Notes under the pieces: generated by a model
What the model was told of the DNA's origin: nothing
The model's input: only the letters and a program-made list of their open reading frames with translations
The model's database searches: none
Program-made: the position numbers and the translations under genes
Shown: piece by piece, positions 49,730 through 58,554 of the stretch
How positions within the stretch are numbered: position 1 is the stretch's first letter
Layout: every line of letters starts with the position of its first letter
Assembly (NCBI GenBank): GCA_963711565.1
Contig: CAVQEQ010000003.1
Location: forward strand, 1,472,001 to 1,536,000
DNA length: 64,000 nucleotides
Direction: 5' to 3'
From: an uncultured delta proteobacterium
GTDB lineage: Bacteria; Desulfobacterota; Binatia; Binatales; Binataceae

Positions 49730-50158
49730 TTACCGCACGCCGAGGACGGGAAAGCCCTCGCGCCGAGCCGCTTCAGCAAGTCTGCGATCCAGAGTAACGA
49801 GTTCCAGAGATTGTGGGTCGCCATCCGCGGCAACGAGTGCGGCGCCAAGCTGGAGGGCGTCTGCCGTCCGCAGCGGATGGTCCATGACGATGCGCTCAGC
49901 ATGAATGCGGGCTGCCGCCGCATCGTAAATTTCAATCCATCTCAATGCGACTTCATTCACGTCACTTACTGCGCGGTTCCACAGTGCGACCATATCCGGA
50001 CGCTCACGTTTCTTTCGCGCGATCGCCGCAAGTACTTCGACCCGCGTCATCATCCAGGTTGTGATGCCCGGATCAGCGGCTCGCCACTCCTCAACTTCTG
50101 CGGTCGCTGGTTCTTTGATGAATATCGGGACGAGCGCCGAGGAGTCCCAAAATCTCAC
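49730..50158 (-). CDS. vapC: VapC PIN-domain toxin
   Basis: FWDSSALV, E, LRTADALQLGAA, TLDRRL. Confidence 0.9.
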   Translation of the reverse strand: MRFWDSSALVPIFIKEPATAEVEEWRAADPGITTWMMTRVEVLAAIARKKRERPDMVALWNRAVSDVNEVALRWIEIYDAAAARIHAERIVMDHPLRTADALQLGAALVAADGDPQSLELVTLDRRLAEAARREGFPVLGVR

Positions 50159-50466
50159 CGACCGCTTTCTCGCTCCTCTAACAATGCTTGCAGGACGCCA
50201 GCTCCCCCAGGGATCTCGATAGGCTTATGAGTTTTAAACCACTCAGCCATATCGCCGGTGCCGCGCCTGATAGCACCCTTGCGCTCGAGGCGCTGGAGGC
50301 GTTCCTCGTCTAGATCCTCCTTGCTCCGGGCCTTGTGCCTTTTGAGAGGAACGATCTCGGCGATTGGGGTGTCGCGATCGTACACGACGACCGACCCTCC
50401 TGCGCGGACGTGATTGAGATAGCGCGAAAGCCCATTACGCAGTTCCGCGATTTTGGCTTTTTTCAT
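50155..50466 (-). CDS. Phd/YefM-type antitoxin
   Basis: IAELRNGLSRYL..VRAG..V.V.DRDTPIA.IVP. Confidence 0.88.
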   Translation of the reverse strand: MKKAKIAELRNGLSRYLNHVRAGGSVVVYDRDTPIAEIVPLKRHKARSKEDLDEERLQRLERKGAIRRGTGDMAEWFKTHKPIEIPGGAGVLQALLEERESGR

Positions 50467-50509
50467 GACTCCCGGATTATAGCCAAGTTGGCGCTGTCGG
50501 GGCTACGAA

Positions 50510-51376
50510 TCAGGTCGAGAAGACTTTCGCCAGTGCAGAGGCCTCGAGGCGGATGCCGACGTAGAAGGGACCGAACTTCGCGTACGATGCGCTGGCCTCG
50601 TCGAAGCGCATCTCGTAGACGAGCTTCTTGAACACGATCGGATCGTCGGCGAAGAGATCGACGCCCCATTCCCAATTGTCGAATCCGATCGAGCCTGAAA
50701 TGATCTGCGTCACTTCGCCGGCGAAATGCCGCCCGACCATGCCATGGTCGTGCATGAGGCGCTGGCGATCCTCGATTGGCAGGCGATACCAGTTGTCGGC
50801 GCCGTCGCGTTTTTTGTCCATCGGATAGAAGCACAGGTAGGGCCGCGCGGGAATTTTCGGAAACAGGCGCGGCGAAATCTTGTCGCGCTGGCGGGCAAGC
50901 TCGGACTCGATTTCAGATTTCCATTGCGGCGAATGCGGTCCGACGCCATTCTCGACGAGCTTGCGATAGAGCGCGACGGTCGCTTCGTAAAGGCCAATCT
51001 CAATCACCGACAAGTACGATGTCGTCGGTTCCAGGTAATCGCTGAGCGCGAGCGCGGCGATCGCGTGTTCGGCCTGTGCCAGTTCCTCGAAGCTGCGGCG
51101 GAAGTGGATGATCATCAGATCGCCCTTATGCCCGAGCGCGGAAAAGAGCGCGGTCTCGCCGTCCTCGCGCCGTGCCATCTCGCCGAACAATTTCGACGCG
51201 TCCTTGACGGCGACGTCGCGTTTGGCGGCGGCGAGCGCGCGCAATTCGCGCCGCCGCACGCGAAACATCTGATGGAGGATGCCGTAGCCTTCGAGGGTAA
51301 GAGGCGCGGCCGGAAAATCGCCGGGAATCTTCGCACGGTCCTTGCCTCGATTTTGCTCTGCGCGGTCGCTGCTCAT
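50510..51376 (-). CDS. chdC: Coproheme decarboxylase / heme-dependent peroxidase
   Basis: TLEGYGILHQ, GHKGDL, FYPMDKKR, NWY, HG..GR, EWGVDLF, YEMRFDEAS. Confidence 0.88.
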   Translation of the reverse strand: MSSDRAEQNRGKDRAKIPGDFPAAPLTLEGYGILHQMFRVRRRELRALAAAKRDVAVKDASKLFGEMARREDGETALFSALGHKGDLMIIHFRRSFEELAQAEHAIAALALSDYLEPTTSYLSVIEIGLYEATVALYRKLVENGVGPHSPQWKSEIESELARQRDKISPRLFPKIPARPYLCFYPMDKKRDGADNWYRLPIEDRQRLMHDHGMVGRHFAGEVTQIISGSIGFDNWEWGVDLFADDPIVFKKLVYEMRFDEASASYAKFGPFYVGIRLEASALAKVFST

Positions 51377-51393
51377 GGCCGCAATTCTAGACG

Positions 51394-52806
51394 CTACGCG
51401 GCCGGTTGTCTTGCCACGCGCGAACGAACGCATGCACCGACAAGAGCCTCCGCGACGGCGGGATTCGATGCCCAATGCGCGTGAACGTATGACGCGAGAA
51501 CGTTTCCGACGCGATAGCCTTCGGCGAACGGAGCACCGCCCCATCGCGGCACCACGCTATAGACGGTATCGATCCGACCCCCGCTGTCAGCACCTTCGAG
51601 AGTCGAGTGTCGAAACTGATGCCCTCGAAATCGCGCGTGCGCTGGACCAAGAATCGAGTCAGCGCGCGTCTCGACTTCGACATAGCCGATCGCCTGCAGT
51701 CTGTCAGACATCACGGCGACGCCCGGAATGATCGCAGCCATCGGCCATTGCTCGCCGTCGAGCGTGCGGATGGCAGCCGTCAAGTACATCAGGCCGCCAC
51801 ACTCGGCGTAGATGACGCCGCCGCGACCCGCGAAGCTGCGGATCGCCGAGAGCATCGCGCTGTTCGAAGACAGCTCGTGCGCGAATGCCTCGGGATACCC
51901 GCCGCCGAAGTAAAGTCCGTCAACTTCGGGCAACTCGCGATCGTGGATTGGCGAGAAGTTGATGAGCTCGGCGCCGAGCGCGCGGAGACGATTCAGATTG
52001 TCTTCATAATAGAAGTGAAACGCGGCGTCATACGCGATGCCGATTCGGCACCGCGAGCGAGCCGACGAATCGATTCTATATGAACCAGAAGCATTACCAA
52101 CTTCGAGATCTGGCGCGGACCGCGCGATTTCGATGATAGCGTCGAGGTCCAGCCATTCGGTGGCCAGCTGGCTCCATCCGTCGATCAGTCGTTGCGGCAC
52201 ATTCGATTCGTCCGCCACGAGCAGGCCGAGATGCCGCTCGGGAAAGGCGAGATCAGCACTGGCAGGGAATCCACCGACGATGGGAACCTCGGGACGCACG
52301 GCGCGCAGCAGGTCGAGATGCCCGCGCCCGCCGACGCGGTTGCAGATCATGGCGGCAACACGAACGGCGGAATCGAAACGCGCGAAACCCGCGGCCACCG
52401 CGGCGATCGTGCGCGCAACGCCCGAGGCGTCGGTGACGAGGATCACAGGAGCGTCGAGCCACTTGGCGATCTGCGCGGTCGAGCCGTCGTCGCCGGTCGC
52501 AGTCGCGGAATCGAACAGACCCATCATGCCCTCAATCACCGCGATGTCGGCGCCGGCGGACGCGCGCGCAAAAGTCGCGACTACCGCGTCGCGACCCATC
52601 ATCCAGCCGTCGAGGTTGTGCGATCGAACACCGGCGGCGCGTTCGTGGTAGGTGGGATCGAGATAGTCGGGGCCGCACTTGAACGCCGCGACCTTCAGGC
52701 CGCGCGCGCGCATCGCACCTATCAGCGCGACGGTCGCGGTTGTCTTGCCCACGCCGCTGCCGGTGGCAGCGATAACGACGCGAGGAATCTTGCCCGAGAG
52801 AGCCAT
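51394..52806 (-). CDS. cobB: Cobyrinate a,c-diamide synthase
   Basis: SGVGKTT, KCGPDYLDP, IEGMMGLFD, ERHLGL, YAECGGLMYL. Confidence 0.9.
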   Translation of the reverse strand: MALSGKIPRVVIAATGSGVGKTTATVALIGAMRARGLKVAAFKCGPDYLDPTYHERAAGVRSHNLDGWMMGRDAVVATFARASAGADIAVIEGMMGLFDSATATGDDGSTAQIAKWLDAPVILVTDASGVARTIAAVAAGFARFDSAVRVAAMICNRVGGRGHLDLLRAVRPEVPIVGGFPASADLAFPERHLGLLVADESNVPQRLIDGWSQLATEWLDLDAIIEIARSAPDLEVGNASGSYRIDSSARSRCRIGIAYDAAFHFYYEDNLNRLRALGAELINFSPIHDRELPEVDGLYFGGGYPEAFAHELSSNSAMLSAIRSFAGRGGVIYAECGGLMYLTAAIRTLDGEQWPMAAIIPGVAVMSDRLQAIGYVEVETRADSILGPAHARFRGHQFRHSTLEGADSGGRIDTVYSVVPRWGGAPFAEGYRVGNVLASYVHAHWASNPAVAEALVGACVRSRVARQPAA

Positions 52807-52832
52807 CGCGATGCGATACTACTACAACACAA

Positions 52833-53603
52833 TCATGCGAACCTTATGCGCGCGCTTTGCAGGAGTGCGGGATCCATCTTCGTTGGGTTTGCGCCCGCAT
52901 TTGCGAGAACGACCTCGAACGGCGATTGACCGTGATCGCGAATCCACTGTGCCAGTGGGCCATTGTCAGTTTTCGACGCGAGCAACTGCAATTCATTCGG
53001 ACCCATTGTGAAAGTGACACCCGCCGCTTCGAGATCGGCGCGCTCGACGAACGCGCCGGGACGACCCAGCACACGCGCATAGTAGCGACTGGTCACGCCT
53101 GGATCGTCCACCGCGATCGCAAGAGTGCGGATGCCAGCCGCGCCGTTACGATGCGAGCGCTCACGCGGGACGCGCTCGTCGCGGGGAGTGTCGTCCTTGA
53201 TCAGAAACGGCACCTGACCGTTGAAGGGCGGAGCGGGAATCGCGAGCACCCAACTCAGGTGATAGCCGTCGGGCCGATCGCGCGTCAGCGGAGACGGATC
53301 GCCAATCCTTGCGCCCGCGCGGCGCATCGACTCGACGTCCGCCGCGAGATCGTCGGTCCGCATGCTAAAATCGACGATGCCGCCGCCCTTCTCGAGCGCC
53401 GCTTGCCAGGGATGGCCCGTGTGAGGTTTGAGGAATGCGATCAGTTCGAAATAGCTGCCGTCCGCAAATGCGATCAGCGCGTTGTGAGTCCCGATCGGAT
53501 GTTTGCCGCCGCGGACAACGGTGAATCCTGCGCGCGAGTAACTTGCAATCGCGGCTTCGAGCTCGTTAACGACGATCGCGACATGATCGATCCCGGCGAA
53601 CAT
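52833..53603 (-). CDS. VOC/glyoxalase-like protein
   Basis: IDHVAI, GGKHPIGTHNAL, YFELI, PFLI, HRNG. Confidence 0.85.
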   Translation of the reverse strand: MFAGIDHVAIVVNELEAAIASYSRAGFTVVRGGKHPIGTHNALIAFADGSYFELIAFLKPHTGHPWQAALEKGGGIVDFSMRTDDLAADVESMRRAGARIGDPSPLTRDRPDGYHLSWVLAIPAPPFNGQVPFLIKDDTPRDERVPRERSHRNGAAGIRTLAIAVDDPGVTSRYYARVLGRPGAFVERADLEAAGVTFTMGPNELQLLASKTDNGPLAQWIRDHGQSPFEVVLANAGANPTKMDPALLQSARIRFA

Positions 53604-53651
53604 GCATTCGAAATACTAGAAACTCGATCAGGCCGGCAAGCGACACTCTGA

Positions 53652-54518
53652 CTAGCCGCTGGATCGAGCATCCCTGTGAAGGAAAATTCGCTGCTCGCTC
53701 GCCTGAACTCTACGCGCGTAGCGAGCGCCGAGGTCGAACCATTCCAAGCCAGGCAGGCGCGCGATAGCTCTGTCAACGGTCGCAAGACGCTCGACTCCGC
53801 TGTCCCCCGGAAACAAGTACGCGCACACGCGGCGCATCGAGGGATCGCCACGGACGGTCACGCCTACTGGAGTCCAGAAGTTGCGCACCAGGAACGCCGT
53901 CAACCGCCGCGCGGCGGGCGCGCGAAGCCGGCACCGCGCCTGATTGAAGTAGAAAGCAAAGTGGCGGCGTTCGTCCTTGATGATTCGCTCCAGAATCGTC
54001 GTCAGCAGCGGACGCGGGCTGTCAGAGCGGTCGCGCGCTGAATCGGTGCGGCTGATCAAAGCCTGGTAGCCGGTCAGCGTCGAGATCTCGTTGATCGCGC
54101 CGAACGTCATGTGCACGGCGGGAAAATGACGCGTAGCGCGCGACAGGATCGCGACGCCGGGGCGGATTACGCGATCGGCGAGACTGGTTTGGCCGCGCAA
54201 ATCGGCGAAGCGCTGATCGTCGATTGCAACTCCCTGCGTCGCGAGAAAGCGGCGGAGCAGCAGCGAGTGAAAAAATTCCTCGTAGGCCCAGCACGACAGG
54301 AATGCGGTGACTTCGTTGTCGCGCACCACGCGCGTCAACAGCAAGTCGCGCAGATAGACGATAGTGTGCGACTCGATGTCCATCATGTAGGCGATCGTGA
54401 AAAGAGCGTCGTCACTCAGCCGCGGCTGTGGCGTTGTCCAATCGAAACAATCCGGCTTGGTCGCGCCGCACACTCGCAGGTAACGATCGAGGTCGAAGGC
54501 GGTTTCGTTCGCGTCCAT
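53652..54518 (-). CDS. Ferritin-like di-iron protein (desaturase-like fold)
   Basis: DIE, WAYEEFFH, NE, KDERRH. Confidence 0.8.
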   Translation of the reverse strand: MDANETAFDLDRYLRVCGATKPDCFDWTTPQPRLSDDALFTIAYMMDIESHTIVYLRDLLLTRVVRDNEVTAFLSCWAYEEFFHSLLLRRFLATQGVAIDDQRFADLRGQTSLADRVIRPGVAILSRATRHFPAVHMTFGAINEISTLTGYQALISRTDSARDRSDSPRPLLTTILERIIKDERRHFAFYFNQARCRLRAPAARRLTAFLVRNFWTPVGVTVRGDPSMRRVCAYLFPGDSGVERLATVDRAIARLPGLEWFDLGARYARRVQASEQRIFLHRDARSSG

Positions 54519-54524
54519 GCCCGA

Positions 54525-54553
54525 GATACGGGCGCAATGCGGAATCGGATTGC
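54525..54553 (-). promoter_or_regulatory. Putative SigK-like ECF promoter, copy 2
   Basis: GCAATCC-N16-CGTATC ending 6 nt before the ATG at 54518. Confidence 0.65.
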
Positions 54554-54569
54554 GCGCGCGAAACCTTCG

Positions 54570-55427
54570 TTAGCGGCGCGGAAAATCGCCCTTCAAGTAC
54601 ATCGCACCGGTCGGCTTCTCGACGCCGCCAACAGGCTCGAGTGTGATCGCGCTGGCCAGCACTACTTCACCCGGCGGCGGCAGGTCGAGCGAGACAATCG
54701 TGGCGCCATTACTCGACGGCTGAAACAACCCCGCCCTCAGCGGGCCCTGCTTTTCCCCGATCCACCAGACCTCGTACTCCTTGTCGTCGGGCGTTGGCGG
54801 GAGACCGTTCACTTCGAGCATCGCGGTGCCCTGACTATTGCTGAGCGCGACGGTGCCGTTGGCGGAAGGGGCTGCGGGAAGACCCGCGAGACGAACCACG
54901 CGCGCGTCGGGACCGAGGCTTGCCAGAGTCAGATCCGTGGTCTGCGCAACCCTGGCCTGCAGCGCCGCGAGTTGGTCACCGGTGGCGTCGAGGCTGCGCT
55001 GGATCTCGATCACTTTGGCGGTGAGCGAGGCGACCTCATTTGAAGTGTCGCTGGTGACGTTGCTTACGCGAGAATTGAAGAGAGCGTAACTGACTCCGAT
55101 CGCGACGACCGCAGCCGCGGCCGCCGACCCAAGCATCGCGAAGCCGCGCCCACGTGAGGATTCACGCACCGGGAGATCTTCAAGTCGTCGCGGCGGACGG
55201 TCCTCGTCCAGCCGAGCTTGCAGGCGACTCCAGATCCGATCGGAGGGACCGTCGCCGCCGCTTTCGACCATCGCCATCGCCGCGAGCGCTTCCGCAAACG
55301 ACGCCAGCTCGCGCTCGCATTCGTCGCATCCGACGGCCAGATGCTCGTCAACCGCGCGCGCTTCATCGCCGTCGAGCCGCGAAAGCGCCTTGAGCGGGAT
55401 CAGGTCTTTGATTTCCGCGTGGTCCAT
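54570..55427 (-). CDS. RskA-like anti-sigma factor
   Basis: HLAVGCDEC zinc-finger, one TM, YEVWWI, AITLEP.GG..KPTG. Confidence 0.88.
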   Translation of the reverse strand: MDHAEIKDLIPLKALSRLDGDEARAVDEHLAVGCDECERELASFAEALAAMAMVESGGDGPSDRIWSRLQARLDEDRPPRRLEDLPVRESSRGRGFAMLGSAAAAAVVAIGVSYALFNSRVSNVTSDTSNEVASLTAKVIEIQRSLDATGDQLAALQARVAQTTDLTLASLGPDARVVRLAGLPAAPSANGTVALSNSQGTAMLEVNGLPPTPDDKEYEVWWIGEKQGPLRAGLFQPSSNGATIVSLDLPPPGEVVLASAITLEPVGGVEKPTGAMYLKGDFPRR

Positions 55428-55433
55428 CTCTGC

Positions 55434-55988
55434 CTACTTGGCACTCGCTTGGAGTGCGTCGCGAAGTCTGATCAAACCGCTGCGCATCCTGCTCTTCACG
55501 GTGCCAAGCGGAATGCTGGTGCGCTCGGCGATCTCGGATTGCGAGAGATCGGAAAAATACGCGAGCCGCAGCAAGTCGCGCTCTCCGTCGTTCAAGGTTG
55601 CGAGTGCTACCTCAACCCGATGGCGCTGCTCAGCGCTGTGGATCTCGCTTGATGGATCATCCGCGACTTTAGAGTCGGTAGCATTGTCGCCGCGAGGTTC
55701 GCGAGCCTTGCGGGCGCGCAGTCGATCGATTGCACGGCTTCGCACTGTCATCATTATCCACGCGCCAACCGAGCCGCGACCCCGATCGAACCGCGACGCC
55801 TCGCGCCAGAGTTGCCACAACACATCCGCCGCGACTTCTTCGGCGTCGGCCTTGTCGCGCAGAATTCTATCCGCGACCGCGCACAGCGCACGGCCGTAGC
55901 GTTGATTCAGCGCGGCCAGAGCGTCCTGGTCGCGCGCGGCCATCGCGGATACGAGTGCTGCATCGCTAATCCTGTTGTCGGCCGCCAT
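55434..55988 (-). CDS. ECF sigma factor (SigK-like)
   Basis: DAEEV, RSRAIDRLR, LAYFSDLSQSEIA, PLGTVKSRMR. Confidence 0.92.
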   Translation of the reverse strand: MAADNRISDAALVSAMAARDQDALAALNQRYGRALCAVADRILRDKADAEEVAADVLWQLWREASRFDRGRGSVGAWIMMTVRSRAIDRLRARKAREPRGDNATDSKVADDPSSEIHSAEQRHRVEVALATLNDGERDLLRLAYFSDLSQSEIAERTSIPLGTVKSRMRSGLIRLRDALQASAK

Positions 55989-56008
55989 CGCCACCCGGCT
56001 TCTACTTC

Positions 56009-56037
56009 GATACGTCGCGCGACGGTTTCCGGATTGC
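56009..56037 (-). promoter_or_regulatory. Putative SigK-like ECF autoregulatory promoter, copy 1
   Basis: GCAATCC-N16-CGTATC upstream of the sigma gene. Confidence 0.65.
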
Positions 56038-56042
56038 CGCGG

Positions 56043-57260
56043 CTAGCCGAGCGCACCCGACGCCACCAATTCGCTAATCCGCGTTTCGTCGTAGCCGAGG
56101 ATGCTTTCGAGGACGTGCTGATTGTCCTGGCCCAGGCTCGGAGCGGCGCGACCAACGTCGGCCGGGGTGCGCGAGAGTTTCGCGCGCGGGCCTTCGACGG
56201 TGAATTTGCCGAGGCTGGGATGCTCGAGCGCGACGAAATGGCCGCGATGCGTGAACTGCGGATCGGCGTACGCGTCGGCGCTGTTCTGCACTCGATGAGC
56301 GGGAACGCCGTGCGATTGAAGGCGCGATTCGATCGCGCCGCGATCGAGTTTGCGGCTCCAAGTGGCAATCGCAGAGTCGATAGCGTCGCGATGCTCAAGC
56401 CGGCCCGCGGCGGACGCATAGCGCGGGTCGCGCGCGAGGCCTTCATTTTCCATTGCGGCGCAAAGGCGGCGCCAATCGTCGTCGTCGCGGCATACGATCG
56501 CGACCCACTGGTCATCACCGGCCGCTGGATAGACGCCGTGAGGTGCGAAAGCGGCGTCAGAATTTCCGACTCGTTCGTCAACGCGGCCATTCACCATGTA
56601 GTCGAGAACCGCGGGCCCAAGAAAGTGTATCGAGCATTCAGCCTGCGACTGATCGATATACTGGCCCTGGCCCGTGCGGCGCCGATGATCGAGCGCCGCG
56701 AGAATCGCCGCCGCAGTAAAACGCGGCGACACGTAGTCCGTGTAGGCGCCGAAGACGCCCGCCGGAGCCCGGTCGGGCCATCCGGCGAGATTGTGAAAGC
56801 CCGAAATCGCCGCGGCCATATTTCCGAAGCCGGCGATTTTCGCGAGCGGCCCCGTCTGTCCCATCAGGCACGAGCTCAGCATGATGAGACCGGGGTTGAC
56901 CTTGCGCAGCGATTCGTAGTCGAAACCCCACGCGCGCATCGCCTTGGGCGAGAAGGACTCGGTGACAACGTCGGCCCATCGCACGAGATCGTGCACGACC
57001 GCGCGCGCGGTGGGATTGCCGAGGTCCAGCGAGATTCCGAATTTGCCGGCGTTGCAATTGGCAAACAGACCCGACGCATCGGGACCGAACTGGTTACCAA
57101 AATAGGGTTGCAGCGTACGCGCGGTATCGACGCGGGTGGGTGACTCGATTCGCACGACGGTCGCGCCATAGTCGGCGAGAATCCGCGTCGACGCGGGACC
57201 CGCCATCACCCACATGAAATCGCAAATCTTGACGTCCTTGAGCGGCAGCTCGTTTGGCAT
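56043..57260 (-). CDS. Class III (CaiB/BaiF) CoA-transferase, Asp-containing subunit
   Basis: DFMWVMAGP, LADYGA, ADVVTESF, AYTDY, APSLGQD. Confidence 0.9.
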   Translation of the reverse strand: MPNELPLKDVKICDFMWVMAGPASTRILADYGATVVRIESPTRVDTARTLQPYFGNQFGPDASGLFANCNAGKFGISLDLGNPTARAVVHDLVRWADVVTESFSPKAMRAWGFDYESLRKVNPGLIMLSSCLMGQTGPLAKIAGFGNMAAAISGFHNLAGWPDRAPAGVFGAYTDYVSPRFTAAAILAALDHRRRTGQGQYIDQSQAECSIHFLGPAVLDYMVNGRVDERVGNSDAAFAPHGVYPAAGDDQWVAIVCRDDDDWRRLCAAMENEGLARDPRYASAAGRLEHRDAIDSAIATWSRKLDRGAIESRLQSHGVPAHRVQNSADAYADPQFTHRGHFVALEHPSLGKFTVEGPRAKLSRTPADVGRAAPSLGQDNQHVLESILGYDETRISELVASGALG

Positions 57261-58507
57261 TAGATGATTCCCGCCCGCGTCAGTTCCGCGATCTGCCCTT
57301 CGCTCAAGCCGAGTTCGTCCCGGTAGATTTCGGAATTGTGCTCGCCGACGGTCGGCGGCCTTCTTCGATACTCGATCGGCGTCGCGCTGAATTTCGCAAA
57401 CGGGCCGGGGTAGCGGAACGACTCGCCAAGTTCCGGATGCGCGACGTTCTGGAAGTAATTGCGCGATGCGAATTGCGGGCTCTCGACTACTTCCTCGATA
57501 GTGGCGACCGGTGTGATCAGAAATCCGCGCTCGAGCGCGAGCCGGAGCAGTTCGGCCTTGGTGTAGCTGCGGGTGAACTTTCTGACGAGTTCCTTCACGC
57601 GCTCGAATTCCGCAAGCGGTTCGACGCCGCTGAAAAGCTGCTCGCCGTACGCGATCCAATCCTTGTCGCGCGTGGTCTCGTCGCAAAAGCCGCGCTCGCA
57701 GATGTAATGCATCAGCCTGGCAGTGAAGACACCGAGCGCCGAGCCGAACAGAAACGTCATCGCGACGTAGCCGTCGCCGGCCGGCCACACCAGCGGAAGA
57801 TCGATCGGACCCATCTTCACGCCACCGGACATCCGTCGCGGTTCAACCGAACCGAGGGCCGCCGCGAGTATGTTCGATTGCGTCGCCATCGCGACCGATT
57901 GCTGGGCCGCGACGTCGATGTGTTGCCCAAGTCCCGAGCGCACCCGCTCGTGATGCGCCGCGAGCGCCGCTACCGCAGCGTCGGCGGAAGCGTGCAGGTA
58001 AGCCTGCGGAATACAGAGGCGCACGGGCGGGCGATCGGCGTCACCGGCCAGGATCAGAGGCCCGCCCGCGGCCATGACGATCAGATCGCTATCGGCGTAA
58101 GTGGCCTTGGGCCCGTCCTGTCCGAACGGCGTGATCGAAACGTAGATGAGCGCGGGATTTATCTTCACAAGGTCGGCGTAACCGAGGCTACGCTGCGACA
58201 GGTAGCCGGGATTGTGCGACTCGATTAGAAAATCCGCGCGCCCGACCAAGCGACGCAGAAGGTCGCGGCCGGTATCGCGCTCGATGTCGAGCGTGATCGC
58301 GCGCTTGTTGCGATTGTACGCCCACCAGTAGAGCGAGCGGTCGGGATGCGGCACGTCCTTGTAGAACGGCCCGATATTGCGCGCTGACGAACCGCCCGGC
58401 GGCTCAACCTTGATGACGTCGGCGCCCATGTCGGCCAGCATCTGGCCGCACAGGAGACCGCGCTCGGTCGTGAGATCGAGCACGCGATATGGACTCAGCA
58501 TCGACAT
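57260..58507 (-). CDS. Class III CoA-transferase, partner subunit
   Basis: VLDLT, LADMGADVIKVEPP, NRNKR, ITPFGQDGP, PTVGEHN. Confidence 0.9.
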   Translation of the reverse strand: MSMLSPYRVLDLTTERGLLCGQMLADMGADVIKVEPPGGSSARNIGPFYKDVPHPDRSLYWWAYNRNKRAITLDIERDTGRDLLRRLVGRADFLIESHNPGYLSQRSLGYADLVKINPALIYVSITPFGQDGPKATYADSDLIVMAAGGPLILAGDADRPPVRLCIPQAYLHASADAAVAALAAHHERVRSGLGQHIDVAAQQSVAMATQSNILAAALGSVEPRRMSGGVKMGPIDLPLVWPAGDGYVAMTFLFGSALGVFTARLMHYICERGFCDETTRDKDWIAYGEQLFSGVEPLAEFERVKELVRKFTRSYTKAELLRLALERGFLITPVATIEEVVESPQFASRNYFQNVAHPELGESFRYPGPFAKFSATPIEYRRRPPTVGEHNSEIYRDELGLSEGQIAELTRAGII

Positions 58508-58554
58508 GAAAATTCAGCGCCGCCCGATCCTTAACACTGTCGGACGGTCTCGCG

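Noticed and set aside
49730-50466. phd-vapC as a mobile element or novel defence system
   Set aside because: Ordinary type II TA pair; no flanking repeats or transposase seen.
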